Source of the DNA: an uncultured Nitrospinota bacterium
GTDB lineage: Bacteria; Tectomicrobia; Entotheonellia; J063; CAVPRW01
Assembly (NCBI GenBank): GCA_963707985.1
Contig: CAVPRW010000039.1
Coordinates: 48,443 to 112,442 of the forward strand
Reading direction: 5' to 3'
Length of the DNA: 64,000 bases
The translations under genes were made by a program, and so were the position numbers. Below are positions 52,894 to 63,485 of this stretch, piece after piece. How positions within the stretch are numbered: the stretch's first letter is position 1; each line of letters begins with the position of its first letter. A model generated the notes under the pieces. It did no database searches. It saw only the letters and a program-made list of their open reading frames with translations, and was not told the DNA's origin.

Positions 52894-55011
52894 ATGTTGT
52901 TCCTGATCCTCATGGTTGCGACGCTCCTATACCTTTCCACAGCCAGTGCGCAAGAGTCCACGACGCCGCTGCCCCCGGTGATCGTCAAAGGCGTTCCGTT
53001 GCCTTCGGGGGCTATCCCTGACCGTCTCCGCACGCAGGAGCAAGCCCGACAGGAGATCGAGCGCATTCCTGGTGGTGCAGAAATTGTCGACTCCAAGGAG
53101 ATTGAGGAGTCGCGTGCTTCGAACCTCAAAGATGTGCTCGATTTTGTGCCGGGGGTGCTGGTCCGTCCACGCTTCGGTGCCGCCGACGAGAGCCAGATCT
53201 CAATCCGCGGTTCAGGCCTGCGGAACAACTTTCATCTCCGTGGCATCAATGTGTTGATCGATGGATTTTTGTACGGGAACGCCGATGGCTTCAGCGATTT
53301 CGAATCATTGGAGCTGCTTTCCACCAAGTACATCGAGGTCTTCAAGGGCAGTAATGCGCTGCGCTTCGGAGCCAACAGCATGGGTGGCGCGATTAACCTG
53401 GTGACGAAAACCGGCTATGATGCCGGTCTGGTCGAGTTGCGTAGCGAGGCCGGCTCGTACGACTTCTTCAAGAATTACATCGCGAGTGGGCAGGTGCTGG
53501 GTCCATTCGACTACTACGTCGGCTACGCCGATACGCAGCTGCAGAACTATCGCCAGCACGCCCAGCAAAGCCGCGATCGGGTCTATTCGACCTTCGGCTA
53601 TCAGCTGCCGGGCGGCACCACGATGCGGCTCGATTTCACCTACGTCAATAATCAGGAAAATCTCCCCGGGTCTTTGACCTTGCAAGAATTTAAGAGCGAC
53701 CCTCGCCAGCGCAACCCGGCCGCGGCGTTTGCCGATGAGGCGCGGAACTATCCCTACCTCCGCGGCGCCTTCACCGTCCGCTCACCGCTCAGTGATGCGC
53801 GGGCCCTCGAATGGGCGTTGCAGTATAATTATCAAGACTTAGACCACCCCCTCAGCTTTGCCATCATCGACAACGTCACGAACAACTGGGGGGCCGAGAT
53901 GCGGTATCTTGATTGGACCCCGTTGTTCGGCCTTAACGCGCGGTTCACCATCGGTGCCCAGTATTTCGGGACCCGGCAGAGTGACCTCAACTTTGCCAAC
54001 GTGCAGGGCGACCGTGGCGCCAAGACCAAGGACCAGATCAATTCCGCCACGAACGTCGGCATCTACGCCGAGCAGCAGTTCGATGCGACCGAGAACGTGA
54101 CGGTGGTGGTGGGGGGGCGCGGGGGGTATGCCCACCGTGGGGTGCGGGACCGCTTTCAGACCGAGATGGACCCCTCAAGCGATGACACCGGCAATGTCGA
54201 CTTTTTCTCCTTCATCCCCAAGGTCGGCTTTATCTGGCGGACCACCCCAAGCATGCAGGTCTATGGCAACGTCAGCGGGGCGTATGAGCCGCCGCTCATC
54301 CTCGAACTCACGGCGCCTGGGCAGCTCAACGGTAACCTCCGTCAGCTCGACCCCCAAAAATCCTGGCAATTCGAGGTCGGCACGCGTGGGCAATGGGGGC
54401 CCCGCTTCGCCTGGGATGTGTCGTTGTATGACATCGAGCTCTGGGATGAAATTCGTAACGCGAACATCCGTCCCTTTCCAGGAGCCCCGTTTACCATCCC
54501 ACGCTTTGAAAACATCGGACGCTCACGCCATGCCGGCGTTGAAGCCGGGACCAATGTACTGCTGTTCTCGGACATCGCCACACGTATGGGCTTCGGGGTC
54601 GGCGGTGATACGCTTGGCTGGCGCACGGCCTATACCTGGTCGCGATTTGTCTACGTCAATGATCCGACGTTTGGGAACAACGATATCCCTGGCTTCCCTG
54701 AAAATTACATCCGAAGTGAGCTCCGTTACGACCATCCAATCGGCCTCTGGCTGGCACCGAATATCGAGTGGGTACCTACTAGCTATCCCGTGAACAGCGC
54801 CAATACCGCCCGCACGGAGGCATATTTTCTGTTCAATATCGGCGCTGGCTATACCTATAAACCCTGGAACCTGAGCGCCTTCTTTCTCGCGCAAAACCTG
54901 ACCGATAAGTCGTATATCTCAGCCGTCACGGTGGACGACCCCAACAGCCGCTACTTCCTGCCGGGGGATGGTCGCGCCTTTTACGGTGGGATCAACTGGC
55001 GGTGGCGATAA
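52894..55011 (+). CDS. TonB-dependent receptor
   Basis: Signal peptide; plug ISIRGSG...IEVFKG..ALRFG...GGAINLVT; QNLTDKSY; C-terminal WRWR. Confidence 0.93.
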   Translation: MLFLILMVATLLYLSTASAQESTTPLPPVIVKGVPLPSGAIPDRLRTQEQARQEIERIPGGAEIVDSKEIEESRASNLKDVLDFVPGVLVRPRFGAADESQISIRGSGLRNNFHLRGINVLIDGFLYGNADGFSDFESLELLSTKYIEVFKGSNALRFGANSMGGAINLVTKTGYDAGLVELRSEAGSYDFFKNYIASGQVLGPFDYYVGYADTQLQNYRQHAQQSRDRVYSTFGYQLPGGTTMRLDFTYVNNQENLPGSLTLQEFKSDPRQRNPAAAFADEARNYPYLRGAFTVRSPLSDARALEWALQYNYQDLDHPLSFAIIDNVTNNWGAEMRYLDWTPLFGLNARFTIGAQYFGTRQSDLNFANVQGDRGAKTKDQINSATNVGIYAEQQFDATENVTVVVGGRGGYAHRGVRDRFQTEMDPSSDDTGNVDFFSFIPKVGFIWRTTPSMQVYGNVSGAYEPPLILELTAPGQLNGNLRQLDPQKSWQFEVGTRGQWGPRFAWDVSLYDIELWDEIRNANIRPFPGAPFTIPRFENIGRSRHAGVEAGTNVLLFSDIATRMGFGVGGDTLGWRTAYTWSRFVYVNDPTFGNNDIPGFPENYIRSELRYDHPIGLWLAPNIEWVPTSYPVNSANTARTEAYFLFNIGAGYTYKPWNLSAFFLAQNLTDKSYISAVTVDDPNSRYFLPGDGRAFYGGINWRWR

Positions 55012-55013
55012 AC

Positions 55014-56861
55014 ATGTGCGGGGGTCTTCTCTTGTTCATAGTCGGCGGTATCGTTTCGCTGCTGGAGCCCTCAGCTGTTTGGGCTCACGCCGTGCCAAGA
55101 ACTAGCCTGCCGTCTGCCAATGCCGTACTGCAGGAGGCGCCGAGGGAGATTACCATCCGCTTTAGCGAGCGTGTGGAGGCCCACGCCAGTTCCCTACAGG
55201 TCCTGGATTCGCGTGGTACTCGTCTTGATGACGGCACGGCCGCCGTTGTTCCTGCTGACCCCTGGCTCTACCAAGTAACGCTCCCACCGCTCGATGTCGG
55301 CGTGTATACCGTCTCATGGCGTGTCATGTCGGCCGATGACGGCCATGTCACCGAGGGAGCATACGTGTTCGTGGTTGGGGGGGCGGCGATTTCAGGGTCT
55401 CCTGAGGTGAGCCAGGTAATCGCCGTCACCGGCTGGTTCGATGCGCTTGCCCGTTGGCTCGGCATGCTTGGAGCCATCGCCTTGATCGGCATGCTGACTA
55501 CATCGTTAGTGTTCTGGCACAAGCAACTCCCCCATGTCCCGCCGCCCGCATACGTGCTTCCATGGCTTGCAGTGCTGCTGCTCTCCAGCAGCCTTATCCT
55601 ACTCGTCAGACTGCAGCGGCTGCCTGTCGAGGGGGGTGGATGGGCGGGGCTTGGGACTCTCATGTCTACCACCATTGGTCAGATCACCGTGGCGAAGCTC
55701 GGTGTGGCCGTTCTGCTCGTTGGGGTCTTGGTTGGTTACTGGTGGATCTCCGGCGCACGGACGTGGTGTTGGGCGCTGGCACTTCCCCTCACCGTCCTCT
55801 TGCTGGTAAGCGATGCGTGGGTGAGCCATAGTTCGGCAACTTTGGTGTGGAAAGGTCTAGCGCTTGGCGCGGAACTGGTGCACCTGCTCGGGGTGGCGCT
55901 ATGGGTGGGTGGGCTGTGGTATTTCGCCACGCTGTTCTGGTGGAGTACGTTTCGTGAACCGTCAGCAGCCAGCGAGCTCGCCTGGGCCATCCCGGCCTTT
56001 TCCATACTGGCCGCTGGGACTGTAGGTCTGCTCACCATGAGCGGACTCTACTTGACCCAGTTGCATCTGGGTTCCCTCGGTGATCTGCTCTCAACCCTGT
56101 ATGGCCGTATACTGCTTGCGAAGCTCTGCGTTGTGGGGCTCATGGTTGCCCTTGGGGGGTATCATCAGTTCATCGTTCACCCACGTATCGTCGGGAGTCT
56201 CGATTTATCAGGTCGTCACGCGAACCCTATCAGCCAGAAGTTCAAGCAAACGCTACGGATCGAAGCGCTCTTGGCGCTGTTGGCGCTGCTCTTAGCCGCA
56301 TTCCTGGGAACCACCTCTCCACCCACCACCTCTCAGCCGCACGTCGACGAAACCTTTCGGCAGGCGCGTGCGGTGGATGATGCGCTGTTAGCCATCGAGG
56401 TTAAGCCCCTACGGCCGGGGCCCAACGAGATTCGGCTGACGGTCGTCGGACGTGATGGACAGCCGCTCACCGATGCCACAGGAGCGTTGCTGCAATTGCA
56501 GGTTGTGGACTCCGAGACGGCACCCATTGGCCTCACACTCACACAGGAGTCGCCGGGTATCTTCCGCGCGAAAGACTTGATACTTGGAATGGAGGGCAGG
56601 TGGAAGGGGCAGGTGACGATCCAACGTCAAGGGGATTATGATCTTCACGATCACTTCGAGCTGGCGCTGACGGGCCACACAGATCAGCACGCACCACCCC
56701 CGTCGTCCATCGGATTGAATCCGGTCACCACGCTGGCGTACCTTGGGATCGTTGGTCTGACCCTATTCCTCCTCCTGATGAGCATTCGCCGCCTTAAGTT
56801 AGCAATCCAACGCATCGCCGTTAGTCACCGACAGCAAGTATCTCAGCCAGACAGGAGGTAA
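55014..56861 (+). CDS. CopC-CopD fusion with YtkA-like C-terminal domain (YcnJ-like copper importer)
   Basis: AHA...P.AN, WRVMSADDGHVTEG; CopD SHS, VHLL...WVGG, YGRILLAK; GPNEI...GRWK. Confidence 0.88.
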   Translation: MCGGLLLFIVGGIVSLLEPSAVWAHAVPRTSLPSANAVLQEAPREITIRFSERVEAHASSLQVLDSRGTRLDDGTAAVVPADPWLYQVTLPPLDVGVYTVSWRVMSADDGHVTEGAYVFVVGGAAISGSPEVSQVIAVTGWFDALARWLGMLGAIALIGMLTTSLVFWHKQLPHVPPPAYVLPWLAVLLLSSSLILLVRLQRLPVEGGGWAGLGTLMSTTIGQITVAKLGVAVLLVGVLVGYWWISGARTWCWALALPLTVLLLVSDAWVSHSSATLVWKGLALGAELVHLLGVALWVGGLWYFATLFWWSTFREPSAASELAWAIPAFSILAAGTVGLLTMSGLYLTQLHLGSLGDLLSTLYGRILLAKLCVVGLMVALGGYHQFIVHPRIVGSLDLSGRHANPISQKFKQTLRIEALLALLALLLAAFLGTTSPPTTSQPHVDETFRQARAVDDALLAIEVKPLRPGPNEIRLTVVGRDGQPLTDATGALLQLQVVDSETAPIGLTLTQESPGIFRAKDLILGMEGRWKGQVTIQRQGDYDLHDHFELALTGHTDQHAPPPSSIGLNPVTTLAYLGIVGLTLFLLLMSIRRLKLAIQRIAVSHRQQVSQPDRR

Positions 56862-56865
56862 GAAG

Positions 56866-57447
56866 ATGCGCATTCATGGGGTAGGACGTGTGCGGTTCTA
56901 TGGTATGGCCTGTGCCGTTGCAGTGCTGGCGCTCTGGGGCACACTCGCCGTGGCACATGAGCGGCAACTAGTGCAAATAGGCACGAGCAATTACCTCCTC
57001 GTCGTTGGATTTCTCTCTGAGCCGGTCTATACCGGAGATAGGAGCGGCTTGGACTTGAGAATTATACTTTCCGATCCCTCGAATCCCCTCGATGCCAGAG
57101 CCCCAGGGGTGAAGCCTGTCGACAACCTTGATAAGACCCTCAAGGTGGAAGTGAAGGCCGGCCCACATGCCAGAGTGTTCGACTTGAGGCCCACTTACGG
57201 CGCTCCCGGCCGTTACGAAGTAGTGTTCTATCCAACGGTCGCGACCACGTATAGCTTCCGCCTGTTTGGGACTCTCGACAAGATCCCCCTCGATCTTACG
57301 TTTGCCTGCAATCCCTTGGGACATGTGTCCGTTGAGGACGAGACCCTCGTGACGCTCGCCGAGCAAGTCACACGCAAGGCACTCATCGGCAGCTTCGGTT
57401 GTCCAACCGCAAGGAGCGATGTTGAATTTCCCCCGCCATCGCGCTAG
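56866..57447 (+). CDS. Hypothetical exported protein with N-terminal His after signal peptide
   Basis: AGGAGG RBS; AVA|HERQ; VGFLSEPVYTG; PGRYEVVFYPT. Confidence 0.8.
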   Translation: MRIHGVGRVRFYGMACAVAVLALWGTLAVAHERQLVQIGTSNYLLVVGFLSEPVYTGDRSGLDLRIILSDPSNPLDARAPGVKPVDNLDKTLKVEVKAGPHARVFDLRPTYGAPGRYEVVFYPTVATTYSFRLFGTLDKIPLDLTFACNPLGHVSVEDETLVTLAEQVTRKALIGSFGCPTARSDVEFPPPSR

Positions 57448-57704
57448 CCCGACCAGGGTAGGTCGTGCCTCACTGGAGAGGCAGCAGTCGGGTCTAGAGT
57501 TGGTCAAAGTCGGCGAGCGCTGCACTGCAGCTGTGTGAGCAGCGGTTGAAGGCGCTGAGAGTCGTGCATGGTTACGATCGTTTCCAAGGCCACCCCTCAA
57601 ATTTTAGCGCTTTTGTGCCCAGTCGCAGTGTAGTATAGTGGCATTACCTGGGACATGTTCCAACCGTTGCTCTTGAAATCCCCATACGTGAAGGGAGTCG
57701 TCCG

Positions 57705-58292
57705 ATGAACATTCACCCGTACTTGAGAACGTTGCCCATGGTGCTGGCCGTTGCTGTGCTGGCAACGACCGTGCTCCAGGCCCAGGCACCTGCCCCACCA
57801 CCCCCGCCCAGCGTCAAGGTCGGGCAGCAGGCCCCTGACTTTACCGCGAACTACCTCACGCCCCCTGACGTCAACGGCCGGCGGCAGCGGAAGGATGTCA
57901 AACTCAGTGACTTCAAAGGTCAGAAGAATGTCGTGCTGGCGTTTTTTCCCGCGGCGTTCTCAACGGGCTGCACCAACGAAATGTCGAAGTATCAGGAAAC
58001 TGCCGGACATTTCAATGCGAAGAACACCGTGATCCTTGGGATCAGTGTGGACAGCCCATGGGCCAATGCCGCGTTCGCCGAGAAACTAGGTGCTCAGTTC
58101 ACCATTCTGAGCGATGCCAAGCGCGACGTCAGCCGAGCCTACGGCGTCTTCGATGAACAAAATGTCGTCGCCCGCCGCACGACGTTTGTTATCGACCGCG
58201 CGGGGATCGTGCAGCAGGTGTTCATGGCCCAAGAAGCCCTTGATCCGGCGCAAGCACTCGATGCCTGCGCTGTGCTCTCGGAGGTCAAGTAA
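57705..58292 (+). CDS. Exported peroxiredoxin (AhpE/BCP-like)
   Basis: [14 protein letters not shown] (PxxxSxxC), [14 protein letters not shown]. Confidence 0.9.
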   Translation: MNIHPYLRTLPMVLAVAVLATTVLQAQAPAPPPPPSVKVGQQAPDFTANYLTPPDVNGRRQRKDVKLSDFKGQKNVVLAFFPAAFSTGCTNEMSKYQETAGHFNAKNTVILGISVDSPWANAAFAEKLGAQFTILSDAKRDVSRAYGVFDEQNVVARRTTFVIDRAGIVQQVFMAQEALDPAQALDACAVLSEVK

Positions 58293-58403
58293 CACGCGAC
58301 AAGTTCCTGGCCGCACACCACTTCGACGGAGGTCCGGCTACAGGTGGACCTCCGCATCCTCTGTTTCCAAGATGCCCGCCCTTAGCATAGCTACAAGATG
58401 ACC

Positions 58404-59006
58404 TCACAGCGCCTTTTCCCCCGGGAAGCTCGCTTGGCAATGTGCAGCCAGCTCTGCCAGGCACTGCTGCTCTCTTGCCGCCAGATAGTCGATGATCCAG
58501 TGCAGATGCCACCGTGTGTCCTCAGCCTCCTGATCGAAGAGGAGGTGCCAAACGATCTCCCACTGCTGGGCTTCACTCATCTGCCGACGGATTACCGGCA
58601 AGATGAAGGCTTCCTCTTCTTCTAAGTGATCATCCTGAGCAATGCGGGCGACCACGACCTTCCCGAACAGATGGCGCTGGGTCCGGGCAATGATCATGGT
58701 GCGCCCGATCTCCTCAGTCAGACAGACCTGGACGTCCTCAAGCAGGTCGGCTAACCGGCCATGCGTCAATTCGCACTCCCGCGCGGCAGGCAGGCCTGGC
58801 AACTGAGGGGTCATATATGTATCCTCTGTGTCTGCGTGGTAGGCCAGCGCTGTGACCCAGCGGTAAAAAACCTGCCGAAAGGGCTGCAAGCTCTCACCCT
58901 CTTCAATCTGACTCACAACATTTTCCACACGTCTCGCTTCAGCACGAAGTGCTTTATGAATCAGATACATCGTGTCAATTGGGCTTTCCAATTTGATGTT
59001 GTCCAT
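58404..59006 (-). CDS. Hemerythrin HHE-domain protein
   Basis: IHKALR, YHADTED, ELTH, DHLEEEE; GGAGG RBS. Confidence 0.85.
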   Translation of the reverse strand: MDNIKLESPIDTMYLIHKALRAEARRVENVVSQIEEGESLQPFRQVFYRWVTALAYHADTEDTYMTPQLPGLPAARECELTHGRLADLLEDVQVCLTEEIGRTMIIARTQRHLFGKVVVARIAQDDHLEEEEAFILPVIRRQMSEAQQWEIVWHLLFDQEAEDTRWHLHWIIDYLAAREQQCLAELAAHCQASFPGEKAL

Positions 59007-59105
59007 TTAGACCTCCGCATCTTCCCACGCCTGAGTACTGGGTTCCCCCACTCCAGGCAAAGCGTGACCGGACAAACGCTCGCGCCTGTGCGTGTCATGT
59101 GTCCT

Positions 59106-59309
59106 TTAGCCCTGCGGGCGGCTCAGAGCCGCGTCCAACGCTCGGCGCATGGCCTCTTCAACGGTTGCCAGGAAGGCATCGTCCCCAGACTCGACTGCTT
59201 GCTCAATCCGAAGAAGTTGCTCAGTTGTCCAGGCGATCTGGCAAGTTGACTGTCCATCGGTGGCACTCCAGACACGCTTGATGCTTAGAGGACCCATTCC
59301 TTCTTCCAT
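59106..59309 (-). CDS. Small hypothetical protein (67 aa)
   Basis: AAAGGAGG RBS before ATG 59309. Confidence 0.6.
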   Translation of the reverse strand: MEEGMGPLSIKRVWSATDGQSTCQIAWTTEQLLRIEQAVESGDDAFLATVEEAMRRALDAALSRPQG

Positions 59310-59751
59310 ACAACCTCCTTTTAAAGCCCGAGCCCGGCCCACATCTGGATGGGCAGGGATCAGCACCTTGGCGAGTTACGATTCGACCGATCATCACACC
59401 ACGTCCCGCTCGTCAGGAATGGCTTCAGCGCGTTCAGTACCGGCTGCTACACCACGTACGGAACATATGCCGTCTACAGCGTGGGAGAGCACAGTGATTG
59501 AGTGCCTGCAAGGCAAGGGCTGTCGGCGATGGACGGGTAGGATAGGGAGAAGCGCATGCATCTGCAGGTCGCGGACCAGCAACCAACTGTCCTGGCTCGC
59601 GTGTTCGAGGTCGCTGTCGGAGAGGGATGGTCCCTCTACTCCTGCGTTCAACAGGCGCTCGATGACGAGGATGAGCCAAGATGCAACGGGAAACCGCTGG
59701 AGAGCATTCCGCCCCACGGCATCACCCGGGCGGCGAGGATCGGAAGGTAGG

Positions 59752-59790
59752 CAAACAAAAACCCCCATCGCAGACTATTGTGGGGGTTTT
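59752..59790 (-). terminator. Intrinsic terminator (riboswitch expression platform)
   Basis: AAAACCCCCA-caatagtctgcga-TGGGGGTTTTTGTTTG on the minus strand, about 55 nt after aptamer 2. Confidence 0.8.
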
Positions 59791-59843
59791 GCAGAAACAC
59801 CATGCCTCACGCTCCTCATACCGCGAAGGAGTGTTGGTCAAGA

Positions 59844-60002
59844 CTATAGAGGCCGGTCTCCTGACTCTCGGATCAGCCTACTCGCCAACGCCTTCCCAGC
59901 GGTAATCCCGCTCGTGGCTCATCCTGTTGGCTTTCGTCCCCGATCACAGTGGCGCGTCCGTGAGGGAATTGCACCCTCTTCCCAGCAGTTTCACCTCTAT
60001 AG
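59844..60002 (-). ncRNA. Cobalamin riboswitch aptamer 2
   Basis: GGGAAGAGGGTGCAATTCCCTCACGGACGCGCCACTGT...GGGAAG...AGTCAGGAGACC; P1 CTATAGAGG/CCTCTATAG. Confidence 0.93.
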
Positions 60003-60134
60003 CGACGATCTCACCTATTATTCAGGAGGTAACATTTTCGACGACCGATGTCAAGAAAATCTCCTGCCTGCCGAGCGGTGCCAACACTCTACACCCTCGT
60101 GGGGAACATGTTCCCTTGATGATGACCGAGCCCT

Positions 60135-60330
60135 CAGAGAGGATGGACAGGTCTATTTCCGCGATGAGGACTCCCGCCATCACGGTTGGAAGACCATGAC
60201 TCTGCCGGCCCTGGAATTTATCCGCCGATTTCTGCCGCACGTGCCGCCTGAGGACTTCCACATGGTCCGCTCCTACGGGCTTTGGAGCGCAGTTCACCGT
60301 CCGCTGCTGCACCAATTGCCGCTCTGGTTA
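60135..60330 (+). pseudogene. IS91-family transposase C-terminal fragment
   Basis: DGQVYFR...KTMTLPALEFIRRFLPHVPPEDFHMVRSYGL. Confidence 0.8.
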
Positions 60331-60534
60331 ACGATGTCGTGGACGGCGGTCAAGACAAGCAGATGGATTTGAATGCCATCAGTTGAAGAACTAAATGTTT
60401 ATCAATACAGTAGAGTCCAGAGGGAGAACCGGGAACAGGTTTGGCGATGATTTTGAATAGACTGCCCCCCTGATCCCCAGAGAGGCGCTCTGTCTGGCCG
60501 AAGAAACCGGTGAACTTTCAAAGAGCGACGGCGC

Positions 60535-62199
60535 TCAGGTCTTGACTGGCTGTAACGTGCCCAGGGTGTCTGTCACATCGAGGATGAAGGTGAACGCCCG
60601 GCGGAGCAAGTGGGCGACGGTTCGGATGGCCCCCATGAAGCGAAAGGCTTTCAGTCCTCGTAACTTCGGAGGGCGCCCGTGCTCGATGACCTCTTGATCA
60701 TAACTGTTAGTCCGCTCGCTCGCGGTCCGTGCGGCATAGAGGATCTTCCAGTCCTCGGTCCCTCGCTGGATCGGGCCAATCAAGCGCGGGTGTGCATGGA
60801 AAGACATCTTGTGCGTATAGCCCCGGGCCTGCTGGCCGTGAGGACACCGCGCCCGTTCCTCCAGGGGACATGGCCGACCGCAGACATATTGGCGACTGTC
60901 GGACTGGTAATCGTACCCGTTGGAGCGGCACAGCCGCCCACAGGGCGCATAGGGGGTGCCGTTGGTATCATAGCCTCGGGCCATAAGTGCCTCGGGGGAG
61001 AGATCTTCCCGGCGAGGATTATACGCGATGATGGGGATCCCTCCCCGGCTCCGGATCCCTTGGTAGTTCTCCACCATGTCGTAGCCCGCGTCGGCGAGCT
61101 CGACCTGCTGGGGCCGGCAGGGGATGGCAATGTTGGCCCGATGCTCCAGGAAGTGACGGCCTTCAGTGGCATTGGCCGGGTACGTGGAAGTGCCTACGGG
61201 CAACTCCAATCCCAGCTCGATGGCGAGATTCGTGGTCTTTTGGTGCAGGTAGCCGAAGACCCGTTCGTTGTTCTGCGGGTCTTTATTGTCGATGTGATAG
61301 CCGACCCTGGCCTCGAGATCGGAGGGGACCTTGGGACAGCAGCCCCACAGCTCGCCCTGCGGGCCCTTGGTCAGGTGGGACCATTTGATGCGCAGGGGCG
61401 GGAGCTGGTCTGGAGGCAGCCCCAGCAGCTCAGCGAGCTGCTGGGCCCCAGGGGGCTGGGCGCGCTCGGCGGGCCGATACTCGATCTCCAGCAGGGCCAC
61501 TTTGGGTTCGCGGGGCTTGCCCTGTTTGGCGGTCGCTTGGCAGACCTTCTGCACCACCTCGGGGAAGGGGCAGCGGAGCTCGAGCCGTTTCGCCCCGCCC
61601 TGCAGTTGCTGGCACAGCTCCTGCCGGGCAGCTTCATCCAACGGGAGCTGCCGGCAGGCCGGACGGAAGTAGGCACAGCCCTTGAAGCGGGACCAGGAGG
61701 GCTCCAGTTGGCCGTCCGTGGCGAGGAGTTCTCCTGTGATCAGGCCAAAGTCCCGGAAGAGGCCGACAAAGACCGCCAAAGCAGCCTCAATCGCCTCCAC
61801 GTCCACGCGGCGGCGGAAGTTACTCAGATCGTCCTCGCCCGGAATGGACGTGTACAGCCCAGCCAGCTCACGATAGCGGCGGCCCTTGTCCTGCTGGTGG
61901 AGATCCGCACAGAAGCGGGCATAGTCAGGATAGCCATCCAGCCGACAGGCCACCTCCAGGAAAAAGGAACTGGCCGGATCATAGCAGTGGCCGCCTTCCT
62001 TCGAATAGTAGGGAGCAAAGAGGGCGCGGGTGAAGCGCAGATCGATCGTCGCCCCCAGCAGCCAACTGAGGCCTCCCTCGACCTCGCCCGCCGCGGTAAA
62101 CTCGATCGGGCGAGGCGTGAATTGGTAGTGGGAGAGCCAGCGGTCGGGGCCTTTGGGGAACGGCGTGGTGAAGCCCTCCAAAGTGCTCTGGTTCAGCAT
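60535..62199 (-). mobile_element. DDE transposase (IS1182/ISNCY-like)
   Basis: YYSKEGGHCYDPAS, IPGEDDLSNFRRRV, ATDG, ADAGYD, YAARTASERTNS; ends not identified. Confidence 0.8.
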
Positions 62200-62254
62200 G
62201 GTCGCCGCGTTCACGAAGGCCTCCAGGTCAAAGGGGGCGATGAAGGAAACAATG

Positions 62255-63300
62255 AAAGCACCGACGTATATGTCATCCAAAGCAAGCATACAACTTCGTT
62301 CTCTTCTAACGCTCTTATTCAATTGCACGATGGCCTCAGTTGGCTCTTCGAGCCCTTCAGGAAAGACATTGACACCTTCGACAATAAGGCGCTGAGGGAC
62401 AAAATGCTCAAGTAACGAGCGACGTTGAGCCATCTTGGTCATTCCAATATCCGCGTTCAGGTCAAGTTCGTGGCCAATGGATCAACCCAAGAGATCTCGG
62501 CGGAATTCAAGCGAGAGCGGGCAGCCGTCCGTGCTGATTACGATAATGATACGTTCGAGCACTTCTCGTTAGAAGCGCTCGGTTGTGATGAGCTTATCGA
62601 GGTTTCTAAAGCCCGTGAGCGGCAAACGAGGCGCGTCGACGCCAATCTACGCATACGCTATGACAGCAACAATCCGTCGCTCATCAACTACTACTCGCGA
62701 GATCTCAAAGGGCTGGTCTGCTCCGTACCGGCCTTGGAAATTGCCAAGTTGGTCAACGACGATCCTGATGGGTCGATCTTTGACTTGAACATACGCCGAC
62801 TTGAACATACGCCGCTTTCAGGGCACGCACGGTGGCGTCAATAGAGATATTTTCTCGACCTGCTCGAATGTCGAAGTCTAGTTACGAGTTTTGGTTCTTA
62901 AACAACGGGATCACCATTGTGTGCGATCAGTTCGACCCCATGACAGATCCCGACAACCCTGATGTCAAGCTGAACGATCTTCAGATTGTTGATGGCTGCC
63001 AAACGGCCACTAAGTTCGCCTTGGCGCAGCGTGGATCTAGACTATCTCATGATGTATGGGTCATAACGCGCATCTACGAGACGACCGATCCAATGCTCTT
63101 CAGCCCTGTCCTCCTGACGACCAATAACCAGAACCAGAGTAAGAGTCGCGACTCGAGAGCCAACGACCTCGTTCAGCTAGATAGCGATGATTGGTTTTTT
63201 ACCGCGCAACCCTCCAGGCTCAGTTCGCTGAACTGCAGGGCGGAATACTAAACATGGAGAAGCTCTTTGAGGAGGCATTTTCAATGCTGGCGCGGCTGGT
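62255..63300 (+). pseudogene. AIPR family protein (abortive infection/restriction-associated), decayed
   Basis: VYVIQSK, IFDLNIR, FWFLNNGITIVC, QIVDGCQT, TNNQN; internal stop at 62413 and 16-bp tandem duplication 62782-62813. Confidence 0.85.
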
Positions 63301-63400
63301 AAAGGGAAATACAGAATATTCCGGTGATGTTGACTGAGCCTTGAAGTCGGCCTTGCTCGATAAGGACATCGACCGACAATTACACAAGAACAGAAAGGAC

Positions 63401-63485
63401 GGCTAACCCGGCGGGTGAACGCGGACTTGCAAACCGTGGCTCTCCGCTTACTTGTTTGCAAGACGGTTAGCATAGGTTGTTAGAG
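63401..63485 (+). repeat. attC-like site
   Basis: GGCTAAC...GTGAACGCGGA-CTTGCAAAC...GTTTGCAAG-ACGGTTA...GTTAGAG. Confidence 0.5.

Noticed and set aside
57960..57975. Selenocysteine in the peroxiredoxin or TlpA proteins
   Set aside because: Active-site codons are Cys; no in-frame TGA.
59394..59768. 124-aa ORF directly after riboswitch 2
   Set aside because: Start codon lies inside the terminator stem, with no RBS or motif; cannot be supported.
59149..60372. 407-aa plus-strand ORF
   Set aside because: Runs antisense through the riboswitch; only the final IS91-like fragment is meaningful.
60679..62415. 578-aa plus-strand ORF
   Set aside because: Antisense shadow of the transposase; only its last part is real AIPR sequence.
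62200..62442. 81-aa N-terminal extension of the 635-aa transposase ORF
   Set aside because: It is mostly the antisense of the AIPR remnant; the likely start is ATG 62199.
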